NCBI GenBank assembly: GCA_965279375.1 | Contig: OZ257156.1 | Location: forward strand, 320,001-384,000 | Source: Gemmatimonas sp. | GTDB lineage: Bacteria > Gemmatimonadota > Gemmatimonadetes > Gemmatimonadales > Gemmatimonadaceae | DNA: 64,000 nucleotides | Direction: 5' to 3' | In this document: positions 11,016 through 20,280 of the stretch, in pieces | Layout: each line of letters begins with the position of its first letter | Numbering within the stretch: position 1 is the first letter of the stretch | The notes under the pieces: model-generated | What the model saw: the letters and a program-made list of their open reading frames with translations, nothing else | The model's database searches: none | What the model was told of the DNA's origin: nothing | Position numbers and translations under genes: made by a program

Positions 11016-12158
11016 ATGTCCGGCTTCGCTGAACTCGCCCGTGCTGCCCATCTCGCGCTCGAGGCGCGCCCGGCCGTGCCGCTTGCACTGGCCACGCTGG
11101 TCGAGGTGGAGGGTTCGTCCTATCGGCAGCCCGGGGCGCGCCTGCTGGTGGACGCGGAAAGCCGCGTGTTGGCCGGCGCGATCAGCGGAGGATGTCTGGA
11201 GGGCGACGTGGCCGCGCACGCGGCCGAGGTCTGCGCGACCGGTCGCGCCATCGCGTTGCGCTACGATCTGCGCGCGGACCTCGAGACGATCTGGGGCTTC
11301 GGCGCCGCCTGCGACGGCATCGCGCATCTGGTGCTGGAGCCGCTGACCGATCCGTCGTTGCTGGCGCGCGCGGCTGCGGCGCGTTCCGCGCGGACCGGCG
11401 GCGCTCTGCTGACGACTCCCGATGGCACGGTCGCACTGCCGCTGTCCGACTCGGGCTTGGTCTCGCACTCTGCCTCGACGGAGTCTCGCGCGACGATGGC
11501 GTTCGACCTGTCGCGTGCGCTGCGCATCGCCGACGTGGCCCGACGTACCGGACGCGTACAGCGTGAGGTAGTGGACGGCGTCGGGTACGTCGTGGAGCCT
11601 TTGCTGCCGGTCGTGGCGTTGTATCTGGTGGGCGCCGGTCGCGGGGCGGAGGCGTTCGGCGTGATTGCACGAACGCTGGGGTGGGATGTGACCGTCATCG
11701 ACCACCGTGAGGCGATGCTCGAGACGCTCGCGCTCCCCGCCGAGGTGCGGCGCGTCTGTGCCCGAGCGGAGGATGGCGTGGCGCGGATCTCGGCGGACCG
11801 CCGAACGGCGGTCGCGCTTCTCTCGCACATTTTCGACGTAGACGCCTCCTGGCTGGCCGCGCTGCGCGACCTGCCGATCGGATACATCGGCGTGCTCGGC
11901 AGCCGGCAGCGCGCGGCGCGCCTGCGGGAGTTGGTGGACGCCGATGGCGCGACCGCCGGGCAGCGGGCGCCCATTCACGCACCCATCGGCCTGGACCTGG
12001 GCGGCGAGTCGCCCGAGTCGATCGCATTGTCGGCGATCGCCGAGATCGAGGCAGTGATGCATGGCCGACCGGGCGGCTTTCTGCGTGAGCGCGAGAGCCC
12101 GATCCACGGTCGTACTCCGACGCCGGGTGTGTCGCCCACGTCGTCGCCGACCGCATAG
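11016..12158 (+). CDS. xdhC: XdhC/CoxF family molybdoenzyme maturation factor
   Basis: GSSYRQPGA, ISGGCLEGD, GFGAACDG, YIGVLGS, HAPIGLDLGGESPESIALS. Confidence 0.9.
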   Translation: MSGFAELARAAHLALEARPAVPLALATLVEVEGSSYRQPGARLLVDAESRVLAGAISGGCLEGDVAAHAAEVCATGRAIALRYDLRADLETIWGFGAACDGIAHLVLEPLTDPSLLARAAAARSARTGGALLTTPDGTVALPLSDSGLVSHSASTESRATMAFDLSRALRIADVARRTGRVQREVVDGVGYVVEPLLPVVALYLVGAGRGAEAFGVIARTLGWDVTVIDHREAMLETLALPAEVRRVCARAEDGVARISADRRTAVALLSHIFDVDASWLAALRDLPIGYIGVLGSRQRAARLRELVDADGATAGQRAPIHAPIGLDLGGESPESIALSAIAEIEAVMHGRPGGFLRERESPIHGRTPTPGVSPTSSPTA

Positions 12159-12161
12159 CCT

Positions 12162-13349
12162 GTGGCCGCGGCGATCGCGGGGTTGCTGCTGGCTGCGGGT
12201 TCGTCGCACCGGCTCGGTGAGTCCAAGCAGCTGCTACGCGATGAGGCGGGGGAGTCGCTGGTCGCGCGTGGCGCACGGTTACTTCTCGAGGCGGGGTGCG
12301 CGCCCGTCGTGGTGGTGGTAGGTGCGAATGGCGCGGCGGTGCGCGCGGCGCTGGTTCACCTTCCTGTGTGCGTGGTGGAAAATGCGGAGCACGCCCGCGG
12401 GATGGGTTCGTCGATCGCCTGCGGGGTGCTCTGGCTGGCCGCCAATTCGGCCGAGTCGCGCGGAGTTCTGATCGCGGCCTGCGACATGCCAACGGTGGAC
12501 GTGGCGCACCTGTGTCGACTGATCGACCTGTCGGAGTTGGGCACGAAACGCGTCGCCAGCGAGTATGTGGCGCGCGAGAGTAACGATGATGCCGCTATGA
12601 TGCGTGGAATTCCGGCGGTGCTCGTTCGAGCGGACTGGTTGTGGTTGGAGAGACTGGATGGCGACCGCGGGGCGAAGCCACTGCTGATGGAAACGGGCAC
12701 CCTTACGGCGCGCCTCTTTCGGGGTATGTTCGATATCGACACGCCCGCCGACGTTGAGGCGTGGCGCGTCTCGCAGTCGCGTCTCTCTCCGCAGCACTCC
12801 CCACAGACTTCCACCACCCCACCGGAGCTAGCCATGGCCAGCCAACTCGCCCAAGGCGCCCTCGCCGATCTCGAACACGAAGTCGCCAACACCCGCCGCA
12901 TGCTCGAACGGATTCCCGCAGACCAGCTCGACTTCACGCCGCACGCGAAGTCATGGAAGCTCGGCAAGCTCGCCAACCACCTCTGCGACTTTCCGTGGTG
13001 GGGCGCCTACACGCTCAAGTCCACCGAGATCAACTTCGCGGACCCGATGCCGCCGCAGCCGCCTCAGCCCACGGACGCCGCCGGCTACCTCAAGCAGTTC
13101 GACGACCGCATGGACGAGTTCCGCGCGAACCTCGCCGCGGCAACCGACGCGGAGATGATGGAGACGTGGACGCTGCGCAACGGCGATCAGGTGCTGATGT
13201 CGATGCCGCGGATCGGCGTGCTACGTGGCATGGTCATCAGCCACATGATCCACCACCGCGCGCAGCTCACGATGTACTACCGCATGCTCGACGTGCCGGT
13301 GCCGGGGCTGTATGGTCCCAGCGCAGACGAACAACAGATCACGCACTGA
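12162..13349 (+). CDS. MocA-like nucleotidyltransferase continuing in frame into a DinB-family domain
   Basis: LLLAAGSSHRLG..KQLL, GMGSSI, ACDMP, GDRGAK, DIDTP; no stop codon before the DinB region. Confidence 0.75.
   Translation: MAAAIAGLLLAAGSSHRLGESKQLLRDEAGESLVARGARLLLEAGCAPVVVVVGANGAAVRAALVHLPVCVVENAEHARGMGSSIACGVLWLAANSAESRGVLIAACDMPTVDVAHLCRLIDLSELGTKRVASEYVARESNDDAAMMRGIPAVLVRADWLWLERLDGDRGAKPLLMETGTLTARLFRGMFDIDTPADVEAWRVSQSRLSPQHSPQTSTTPPELAMASQLAQGALADLEHEVANTRRMLERIPADQLDFTPHAKSWKLGKLANHLCDFPWWGAYTLKSTEINFADPMPPQPPQPTDAAGYLKQFDDRMDEFRANLAAATDAEMMETWTLRNGDQVLMSMPRIGVLRGMVISHMIHHRAQLTMYYRMLDVPVPGLYGPSADEQQITH
12834..13349 (+). CDS. DinB/YfiT family protein (internal start)
   Basis: GGAG-N6-ATG at 12834; HAKSWKLGKLANHL and HMIHHRAQL...VPGLYGPSADE motifs. 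Confidence 0.8.
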   Translation: MASQLAQGALADLEHEVANTRRMLERIPADQLDFTPHAKSWKLGKLANHLCDFPWWGAYTLKSTEINFADPMPPQPPQPTDAAGYLKQFDDRMDEFRANLAAATDAEMMETWTLRNGDQVLMSMPRIGVLRGMVISHMIHHRAQLTMYYRMLDVPVPGLYGPSADEQQITH

Positions 13350-13381
13350 TACGCACCATCTCGTCCTTTCGGAGCGCCGCG

Positions 13382-15481
13382 ATGACCCGCCCCACCTCAC
13401 GTGCACTGTCGAGGGCCGTCGTCGCGGCGCTCGTTGTATTCGCCTCGACGCCTCTCGCGGTTCGCGCACAGCGCGCGAGCGACGACGCGGTCGCGGCGAC
13501 GATCGCCGCGTGGCTGCACCTGGACGCGCCACCGGGCGGAGAGCAGCGGGCCATTGCCGCGTTGCGCACCACGCTCCCCAACTGGACAGCAGACGGCTTC
13601 GGCAATCTCGCGCGTACCGTTGGCAGCGGATCGCCACATCGCGTGGTGGCGTGCGCGATGGATGTCTCCGAATTCGTCGTCAGCGAGATCACCAATGACG
13701 GCTACGTGCGGCTGCACTCCACCGGCACGCCGGCGCATCAGCTCTGGTCGCAGTTTCACGAAGCGCAGCAGGTGCGGATCCTGACGCCCAAAGGCGACGT
13801 ACCCGCTGTGGTGGGCGTCGCGAACGGCCACTTCGCACGTCAGCATCGCGGCGATACCGCCGTTGTAAGCGTCGATCAGCTCTGGGTGGATTTGGGCGTG
13901 TCGTCGCGCGCGCAGGTGGCGCAGCTGGGCGTGTCGTTGCTCGATCCGGTGGTCGCCGATCGACCGCTCTGGACGTATGCCGGCCATGCGGCCGGTCCGG
14001 CGGCGGGGGCGCGCGCGGGATGCGCTGCGGTGGCGAGCGCGTCGCAGGCCACGATTGCGCGCGGTCGCACGACGTTCGTGCTCTCGACGCAGCGCAGCTT
14101 TGGTTGGGTGGGACTGGGTGCGGTGCTGGCGCGACTCGGGCCGATCAATCAGCTCACACTGTTCGATGAAGGGCGCGCCGCATCGGTTGCGACGACGGTA
14201 CCGGCGGCTAGACTGGGTGCGCTCCGCAAGGCGGGACTGGCGCGCGTTGTCACGCGCGACAGCGTTCGCGTGATCAGTCCGCGGGTGCGCTTTGCCGGAT
14301 CGCTGGTGGAGTCGGTGCACGCCTCGGAGGCCAAGGCGTTGTTCGCGGCCGCGCTTACCGCGGCGGGTGCGGATCCGTCTTACGACAAGTGGCTGACGCC
14401 TCCCACAGACACCACGCGATCGCGTGTCGCACGGCGCGATGGGTACGAGCAAGCCGAGAAGGTGTTCACGTCGCTGGCGGATCTTCCCGCCGTGCCCGGG
14501 CACGAATTCCGCGTGCGCGATGCGATCTCGGCGTTGCTGCCTGCGTGGGCCAAGAAGGTGGCGATGACCGACAGCGCAGGGAATCTCATCGTCGCGGTCG
14601 GACCTGAGCGCGACTCGGTGGCATTCATCGCACACATGGACGAGGTGTCATTCGAAGTCGAGGGGATCAACGCCGACGGCTCGGTGCGATTGGGACGTCG
14701 AGGCGGCGTGGTGGCCACGGCGTGGGAGGGACAGCCGGCGCTGCTGCACTTCGATCGCGACGCGAACGGGAACGTGGCCGAGTCGATCCGCGGGGCGTTC
14801 GTGCCACGCGACTCATCGCGCGTGAAGACGATCAGCGCGACGACGGCGATGACGGCATGGTTTGGTGTGGACTCCGCAACGTTGGTCTCGCGCGGCGTGC
14901 GCGTGGGAATGGGCGTGACGGCCTATAAACGCGCCACGCGACTCGGCGGCACGCGCGTGACAGGTCGCGGCAGCGATGACCGCACGGGCTCGACAGCGTT
15001 GCTGTTGGCGCTGCAGCGGATCAATCCGGCAACGCTGACGCATCGCGTGATTTTTGTGTGGTCGGTACGCGAGGAGGGCGGACTCAATGGCGCCGCCGCC
15101 TTTGGCGTGGAGCACGGACGCGGTCTGCGCCGCGTCTACAGCGTGGACACGTTCGTGAGTTCGGATACGCCACTCGAGCAGCCGATGTTTGCCTACGCCC
15201 CGCTCGGACGCGGCGCGGTGCTGCGCGGGCTCGACGACGGCTCGATTGTGCCGCCGGCGGAGCGAGATCGAATCCTGCGTATTGCGGCAGCGCAGGGGAT
15301 TCCGATCCAGGTGGGCACGACGCACGGCTCCACGGATGGCTCGGCGGTGGCGCCGTTTGGCGGACCGAACGTGGGGTTGTCGTGGCCGGGGAGGTATTCG
15401 CACTCGCCGGGTGAGGTGCTGGATCTGCGCGATGTCGATGCGCTGATCCGGTTGATTGCGGCCGTGGCGGTGGCGAAGTAG
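13382..15481 (+). CDS. Secreted M42/M20-clan metallopeptidase with a tandemly duplicated domain
   Basis: Signal peptide; C-terminal half has AHMDEV, DDRTG, REEGG, YSHSPGE; N-terminal half is homologous but degenerate. Confidence 0.85.
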   Translation: MTRPTSRALSRAVVAALVVFASTPLAVRAQRASDDAVAATIAAWLHLDAPPGGEQRAIAALRTTLPNWTADGFGNLARTVGSGSPHRVVACAMDVSEFVVSEITNDGYVRLHSTGTPAHQLWSQFHEAQQVRILTPKGDVPAVVGVANGHFARQHRGDTAVVSVDQLWVDLGVSSRAQVAQLGVSLLDPVVADRPLWTYAGHAAGPAAGARAGCAAVASASQATIARGRTTFVLSTQRSFGWVGLGAVLARLGPINQLTLFDEGRAASVATTVPAARLGALRKAGLARVVTRDSVRVISPRVRFAGSLVESVHASEAKALFAAALTAAGADPSYDKWLTPPTDTTRSRVARRDGYEQAEKVFTSLADLPAVPGHEFRVRDAISALLPAWAKKVAMTDSAGNLIVAVGPERDSVAFIAHMDEVSFEVEGINADGSVRLGRRGGVVATAWEGQPALLHFDRDANGNVAESIRGAFVPRDSSRVKTISATTAMTAWFGVDSATLVSRGVRVGMGVTAYKRATRLGGTRVTGRGSDDRTGSTALLLALQRINPATLTHRVIFVWSVREEGGLNGAAAFGVEHGRGLRRVYSVDTFVSSDTPLEQPMFAYAPLGRGAVLRGLDDGSIVPPAERDRILRIAAAQGIPIQVGTTHGSTDGSAVAPFGGPNVGLSWPGRYSHSPGEVLDLRDVDALIRLIAAVAVAK

Positions 15482-15498
15482 CAGCTGTCTCCCCGCCG

Positions 15499-15770
15499 GA
15501 TCAGTCGTTTCGGTTAACCGGACACGCCGTTCGCTCCACTCAAGACTGACCACCCACCACTCGGTACCCGGAACAGAGCAGTGTCAGAGTGGCGGCAGGG
15601 CGCAGTCGCCAGTCCCCAGTTCAGAGTTTTTCACGCAGATCAGGCGGGATCGAGGACCGCCAACCCGACACCACCCTGTCGCGGGTCTCGGGTGGTGAGT
15701 GGCGGGAGATCAGTGGAGCGAACGGCGTGACCGGTTACCAACGGCGAACGGCGTGACCGGTTACCTGATC
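15499..15770. repeat. Long imperfect inverted repeat (arms ~15512-15595 and ~15657-15739) plus a 22-bp direct duplication (15718-15739, 15744-15765)
   Basis: Manual alignment of the left arm with the reverse complement of the right arm is collinear over ~84 bp; GCGAACGGCGTGACCGGTTACC is present twice. Confidence 0.8.
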
Positions 15771-15792
15771 TCTCAACCCGCAACCGGCCACC

Positions 15793-15832
15793 GAAATGAA
15801 GCGCCCGGCCGTCGAAGCTCGACGGCCGGGCG
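15793..15832 (-). terminator. Intrinsic terminator of the Spy/CpxP-like gene
   Basis: Perfect 14-bp stem CGCCCGGCCGTCGA/TCGACGGCCGGGCG followed by CTTCATTTC on the minus strand. Confidence 0.75.
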
Positions 15833-15853
15833 GGAGACTTCACTCGACTTCGC

Positions 15854-16681
15854 TTACCGGTTGTTCAACGAATCGCTCGGCGGCACCGGCGCGCGCCGCT
15901 CGATCACCACGTCCTGCTCGATGACGCGTCCCCGCCGGCCCATGGCGGGCTGCATCCGATCAGGTCCGTTCGGCCCCATCATGCCGGGACCGTTGCCACC
16001 ACCCATGCCGGGGCGACCACCCGGGCCGAAGCCCTGCCCCATCCCAGGGCCGCCCTGCATGCGCATGCGCTGCGACATGCCCTGCCGCATTCCCTTGCGC
16101 ATGCCTTGACGCATCCGGCCTCGCATCATGCCCCGCATGTTGTCGAGCTTCGCCTTCTGCGCGGCGGTAAGCACGCTGCGCACATCCTGACGTGCCTTCA
16201 ATCGTGTGATTGCCTCGTCGTTGCGCAAGCGGCTCATCTTGTCCAACGCCGCACGTGCCTTCGTCAGATCGCCATCGCCCTTGGTCGCTTCGATCATGTC
16301 CGCGCGAACGCGCAGCATCTCGGCTTCGTTGGGCTGTACGCGCGGTGCCGCCTGCAACGCCTCCAACTTCTTGACCTGATCGGGCGTGAGTTCCAGGCGA
16401 TCCTTGGCGGCGAGAAGCATGCCGGCCGGTCCACGGCCCATCATGTCGCGACGCGGACCGCCGCGGCCGTCGGGGCCAGCCACGTCTGGACCGCGCCCTG
16501 GACCGTTCTGACCGCCCGCTCCGCGTCCGCCGCGCGGCGGGCGGGCGTCGCGACTGACCTGCGGGGCACCTGCGGGAGCGGCGCCGGCAGAAGGGCGCGG
16601 CTGCGGCTGCTGTGCGAACGAGAGAGAGCTGGTGAGAGCGCTGGCCAGCAGCGCGGCGGTGTAGTAGCGGATCTGTCGCAT
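15854..16681 (-). CDS. Periplasmic Spy/CpxP (LTXXQ) family chaperone-like protein with a Met/Gly-rich tail
   Basis: Signal peptide; LELTPDQ and VLTAAQKAKL motifs. Confidence 0.8.
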   Translation of the reverse strand: MRQIRYYTAALLASALTSSLSFAQQPQPRPSAGAAPAGAPQVSRDARPPRGGRGAGGQNGPGRGPDVAGPDGRGGPRRDMMGRGPAGMLLAAKDRLELTPDQVKKLEALQAAPRVQPNEAEMLRVRADMIEATKGDGDLTKARAALDKMSRLRNDEAITRLKARQDVRSVLTAAQKAKLDNMRGMMRGRMRQGMRKGMRQGMSQRMRMQGGPGMGQGFGPGGRPGMGGGNGPGMMGPNGPDRMQPAMGRRGRVIEQDVVIERRAPVPPSDSLNNR

Positions 16682-16749
16682 GGGAACCGTCCTGTGTGTG
16701 TGGCGCGACCGCCTGAATGGGCGTGCGCTGCATCGTGTTCACCGGGTTG

Positions 16750-16774
16750 GACGCTGCGGCGGTCGCGGCGTTAA
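16750..16774 (-). promoter_or_regulatory. Putative ECF-type promoter TTAAC-N16-CGTC
   Basis: Matches the generic ECF consensus (-35 AAC, -10 CGT), ~70 nt upstream of the Spy-like ATG. Confidence 0.45.
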
Positions 16775-16993
16775 GGGATGACTCTGCAACACGATTCGAG
16801 GGCGCTGCCCCATGTCATCCCCGAACCCTGCCGGTCGGCCCACCTTGGTCCCGGCATCCCAACGCCGAAGCCGGGAACCGCGTCACGGGGTAGACGCCTT
16901 GTGTGCCGAGGTGCACTCTCGTCGTCCGCCCCGGAATTCGAGTTCGATCCGGTTCCGCCTTTCTCCACGCTTCGCACGACGCCTCTGGACTCC

Positions 16994-19291
16994 GTGGGCT
17001 CCATACTCGACGCCGTCGTCACCTTTCTCTTCAAGTATCCGTCGCGCATGTTCGCGCGCGGCGACGTGGTCATTGCGCCTGTCGTGCCGCTTGTGGCGAT
17101 CGGCGTGGCGGCGGCCGTGGTGCTCCTTCTCGTTGCGTTCGCCTACGCGCGTGTTCGTACGCTGCGCCCGCTCGATCGCGTCGTGCTTGGCGTGCTGCGC
17201 ACCAGCGCCGTCCTGGTCGTACTCGCGTGCCTGCTGCGCCCCGGGTTGGTCATCGCGTCGGCTGTGCCGCAGCGCAACATCCTCGCGGTGCTCATTGACG
17301 ATTCGCGCAGCATGCGCACGCGCGATGTGAACGACACCGCGCGCATCGCCGTGGCGCAGTCGGCGTTCAGCGACAGCAGCGCGCTCATTCGCTCTCTCGG
17401 TGAACGGTTTGCGTTGCGACGTTTTCGCTTTGCCGCACATGCCTCGCCGCTGGCCAGCGCTGCTTCGCTCACGGCGCGCGGCACGCAGTCGGATCTGGCG
17501 CGCTCACTCGATGACGTGCGCGAGGAGTTGGCGGGGATGCCGTTGGCCGGCGTGGTGTTGGTGTCCGATGGCGCGGACAACGGCAGCAGCGCGTACGACG
17601 ACGCACTGTTGGCGCTGCGTGCGCGCCGTGTGCCGGTGTACACGGTGGGTGTGGGGAGCGAGCGATTCGCGCGGGATCTGGCAGTGGAGCGCGTCAACGC
17701 GCCAACGAAGGCGCTGACTGGCGCAACGATGCTCGTGGAAGCCGATGTCCGCATGCGAGGACTCGGCAAGGACCGCGCGACCGTCGTCGTGGAAGCCGAT
17801 GGGCGAGTCGTGGCCACGGAAGAAGTGAAAGCGCCGGAGAAGGGCGAGGTCGCGCACGTGCGCTTGCGCGTGCCACCGCTCGCGCCGGGCACCTACCGCA
17901 TGGCCGTGCGTGCGCGAGCGCTGCCCAATGAGATCGTCACGGAGAACAACGCGTGGCAGGGCGGGCTCGACGTGCGCGCCGGCCCCGATCGCGTGCTCTA
18001 TCTCGAAGGGGAGCCACGCCCGGAGTTTGCTTTCCTGCGTCGCGCCGTGGCGGGCGACAGTGCCTTGCAGGTTGTCGGACTGATGCGGAGCGCGGAGAAC
18101 AAGTTCCTGCGACTTGGCGTGAAGGACAGCCTCGAATTGTTGGGCGGGTTCCCGACGACGCGCGAAGAACTGTTTGCGTATCGCGCGCTGATCATCGGCA
18201 GCATCGAAGCCTCGTACTTCTCCGCTGAACAGCTGCGGATGATCTCGGACTTCGTGAACAAGCGTGGCGGTGGACTGCTGGTGCTTGGCGGTCGCGCGTC
18301 ATTGTCCGAAGGCGGCTTTGCGGACACGCCGCTGGCGGACGTGCTCCCCGTGACGCTGTCGCGCGGACAGATCAACGAAGAAGGTCCCGCAACGATGTTG
18401 CGCGTGCGGCCGACGCGAGCCGGCGAATCCTTTGCGGCGCTGCAGTTGGGCGCGACGGCCGCCGCATCCAAGCAGCGCTGGGATTCGTTGCCGACGCTCA
18501 CCACGGTGAACAAAGCGGGAACACTGCGCTCCGGTGCCACGCTGTTGCTGGCCGGCGCCATCGAAGGCGGACGCGCCGACGTGCCGGTTCTCGCATGGCA
18601 GCGCTACGGGCGCGGCGTGAGCGCCGTGTTTGCGGTGCAAGATGCCTGGCAGTGGCGCATGAACGCCAAGATGGCCGTCGACGACGACACGCATCAAACC
18701 TTCTGGCGTCAAATGGTGCGGTGGCTCGTGGATGATGCCCCCGCGCCAATGCAGCTGACGCTGTCGCCGGCGCACGTCGCCCCGGGCGAGACGGTCACGC
18801 TGCGCGCGCACGTGTCGGACGGCTTCTACGCCGACGTGAACGATGCCACCGTTGCCGCGACGATCACGTCGCCGACCGGCACGGTGTCGTCGGTGCCATT
18901 GGAGTGGTCACTGCGTGAAGACGGCTCGTACGCCGGCAGCTTCATCGCGGTGGACTCCGGACGCTACGCCATCGAGACGATCGCACGGCGCGCCACGGCG
19001 CGCGACAGCATGCAAACGGTGAAGAGCACGCTGCTGGTGGATGATCTCGGCGCGGACATGTCGCAGGCCGAGTTGCGCGTACCGTTGCTGCGTCGCATCG
19101 CCGATGAGACCGGTGGGCGCTACTACCCCATCGCCGACGTCCAGAAGCTGTCGGAGGATGCGGTCTACACCGAGAGCGGCATCACGGTGCGTGAAGCGAA
19201 AGACTTGTGGGACATGCCTGTGATCTTCCTGCTGCTCGCGCTGCTGTTGGGTGCGGAGTGGGGCTATCGCCGGTGGCGGGGGTTGGCGTGA
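16994..19291 (+). CDS. Membrane protein with vWA, Ig-like and GATase1-like domains
   Basis: N-terminal TMs, LIDDSRSM (DxSxS MIDAS), LVSDG, GGGLLVLGG, RYGRG, QTFWRQMVRWL, C-terminal TM ending EWGYRRWRGL; GTG start assumed. Confidence 0.8.
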   Translation: MGSILDAVVTFLFKYPSRMFARGDVVIAPVVPLVAIGVAAAVVLLLVAFAYARVRTLRPLDRVVLGVLRTSAVLVVLACLLRPGLVIASAVPQRNILAVLIDDSRSMRTRDVNDTARIAVAQSAFSDSSALIRSLGERFALRRFRFAAHASPLASAASLTARGTQSDLARSLDDVREELAGMPLAGVVLVSDGADNGSSAYDDALLALRARRVPVYTVGVGSERFARDLAVERVNAPTKALTGATMLVEADVRMRGLGKDRATVVVEADGRVVATEEVKAPEKGEVAHVRLRVPPLAPGTYRMAVRARALPNEIVTENNAWQGGLDVRAGPDRVLYLEGEPRPEFAFLRRAVAGDSALQVVGLMRSAENKFLRLGVKDSLELLGGFPTTREELFAYRALIIGSIEASYFSAEQLRMISDFVNKRGGGLLVLGGRASLSEGGFADTPLADVLPVTLSRGQINEEGPATMLRVRPTRAGESFAALQLGATAAASKQRWDSLPTLTTVNKAGTLRSGATLLLAGAIEGGRADVPVLAWQRYGRGVSAVFAVQDAWQWRMNAKMAVDDDTHQTFWRQMVRWLVDDAPAPMQLTLSPAHVAPGETVTLRAHVSDGFYADVNDATVAATITSPTGTVSSVPLEWSLREDGSYAGSFIAVDSGRYAIETIARRATARDSMQTVKSTLLVDDLGADMSQAELRVPLLRRIADETGGRYYPIADVQKLSEDAVYTESGITVREAKDLWDMPVIFLLLALLLGAEWGYRRWRGLA

Positions 19292-20280
19292 TGCAGTCAA
19301 TCGCGCGATCCGAACGACGGAGCAGCGTTGTTCGCGCGTTCAGGCGCGGCGCCGTGTCGTGCGGCGTTGCGATGCTGGCGATTGCTGCGAGCACTCGCGT
19401 CGCGTCGGCGCAGCGCACGCATCTCTTGGTCATCGAAGGACTCTCGGGTGAACCGGCGTTCAAGCAATCGTTCGATGCGGCGGCACAGGGGATCGTGACG
19501 GCGGCACGCACGCGCTGGCGTCTCCCCGACTCGAGCATCGTCGTGCTGAGCGAAGATTCGCTCGTCGCCGGACAACGTCGCGCGCGCTCGACCCGCGAGT
19601 CCGTGGCGGCGGCATTCACCACGCTCTCCACGCGGGTGCAGCCCGGTGATGTGTTGCTGGTCGTGCTGATCGGACATGGCAGTGGCGAAGGTCCAGGCTC
19701 CAAGGTGAATCTCCCGGGCCCCGACGCCACCGCGGCGGAGTACGCCACGTGGATCGCCGGCTTCAGCAAGCAGACGGTCGTGTTCGTGAACACCGCAACC
19801 GGCAGCGGAGACTTTGGCGCCGTCCTCGGCGGACGTGGTCGCATCGTCATGACCTCCACGCGCAGCGCGATGGAGCGCAACGAGTCGCTCTTTGCCACCC
19901 AGTTTTCGAAGGCGCTCGCAGGAGACGAAGCCGACGCGGACAAGGATGGCCGGCTGTCCGTGCTGGAAGCGTTCCGCTACGCCACGCGCGAGGTAGCACG
20001 CGTCTACGAATCGAAGAACCTGATGCAGACCGAGCATGCGCAGCTCAGCGATTCGCTGCTCGCGCGCTCGGTTTCGTTTGGAGCCGCCGCCGCGGGCGCG
20101 GGCAATCCGCGTGTCGCTGCACTCGTAGCAGAGCGGCAGGCGCTGGAGTCGGAAGTTGCCGCGTTGCGCACGCGCAAAGCGTCGATGAAACCGGATGCGT
20201 ACGACGCGGAGTTGGAGCGCTTGTTGCTCGCCATCGCCGGGAAGACGCAGGCGATCAAGGCTGCGGAGAGCGGCAAGTGA
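19291..20280 (+). CDS. Secreted caspase/peptidase C13-like fold protein, probably lacking the catalytic Cys
   Basis: VLIGHGS, VFVNTATGSG, ADADKDGRLSVLEAF, C-terminal coiled coil; TGATG-coupled to the upstream gene. Confidence 0.65.
   Translation: MQSIARSERRSSVVRAFRRGAVSCGVAMLAIAASTRVASAQRTHLLVIEGLSGEPAFKQSFDAAAQGIVTAARTRWRLPDSSIVVLSEDSLVAGQRRARSTRESVAAAFTTLSTRVQPGDVLLVVLIGHGSGEGPGSKVNLPGPDATAAEYATWIAGFSKQTVVFVNTATGSGDFGAVLGGRGRIVMTSTRSAMERNESLFATQFSKALAGDEADADKDGRLSVLEAFRYATREVARVYESKNLMQTEHAQLSDSLLARSVSFGAAAAGAGNPRVAALVAERQALESEVAALRTRKASMKPDAYDAELERLLLAIAGKTQAIKAAESGK

Noticed and set aside
15718..15765. Two 22-bp direct repeats as a mini-CRISPR
   Set aside because: Only two copies separated by 4 nt, with no spacer-length sequence and no cas genes in the window
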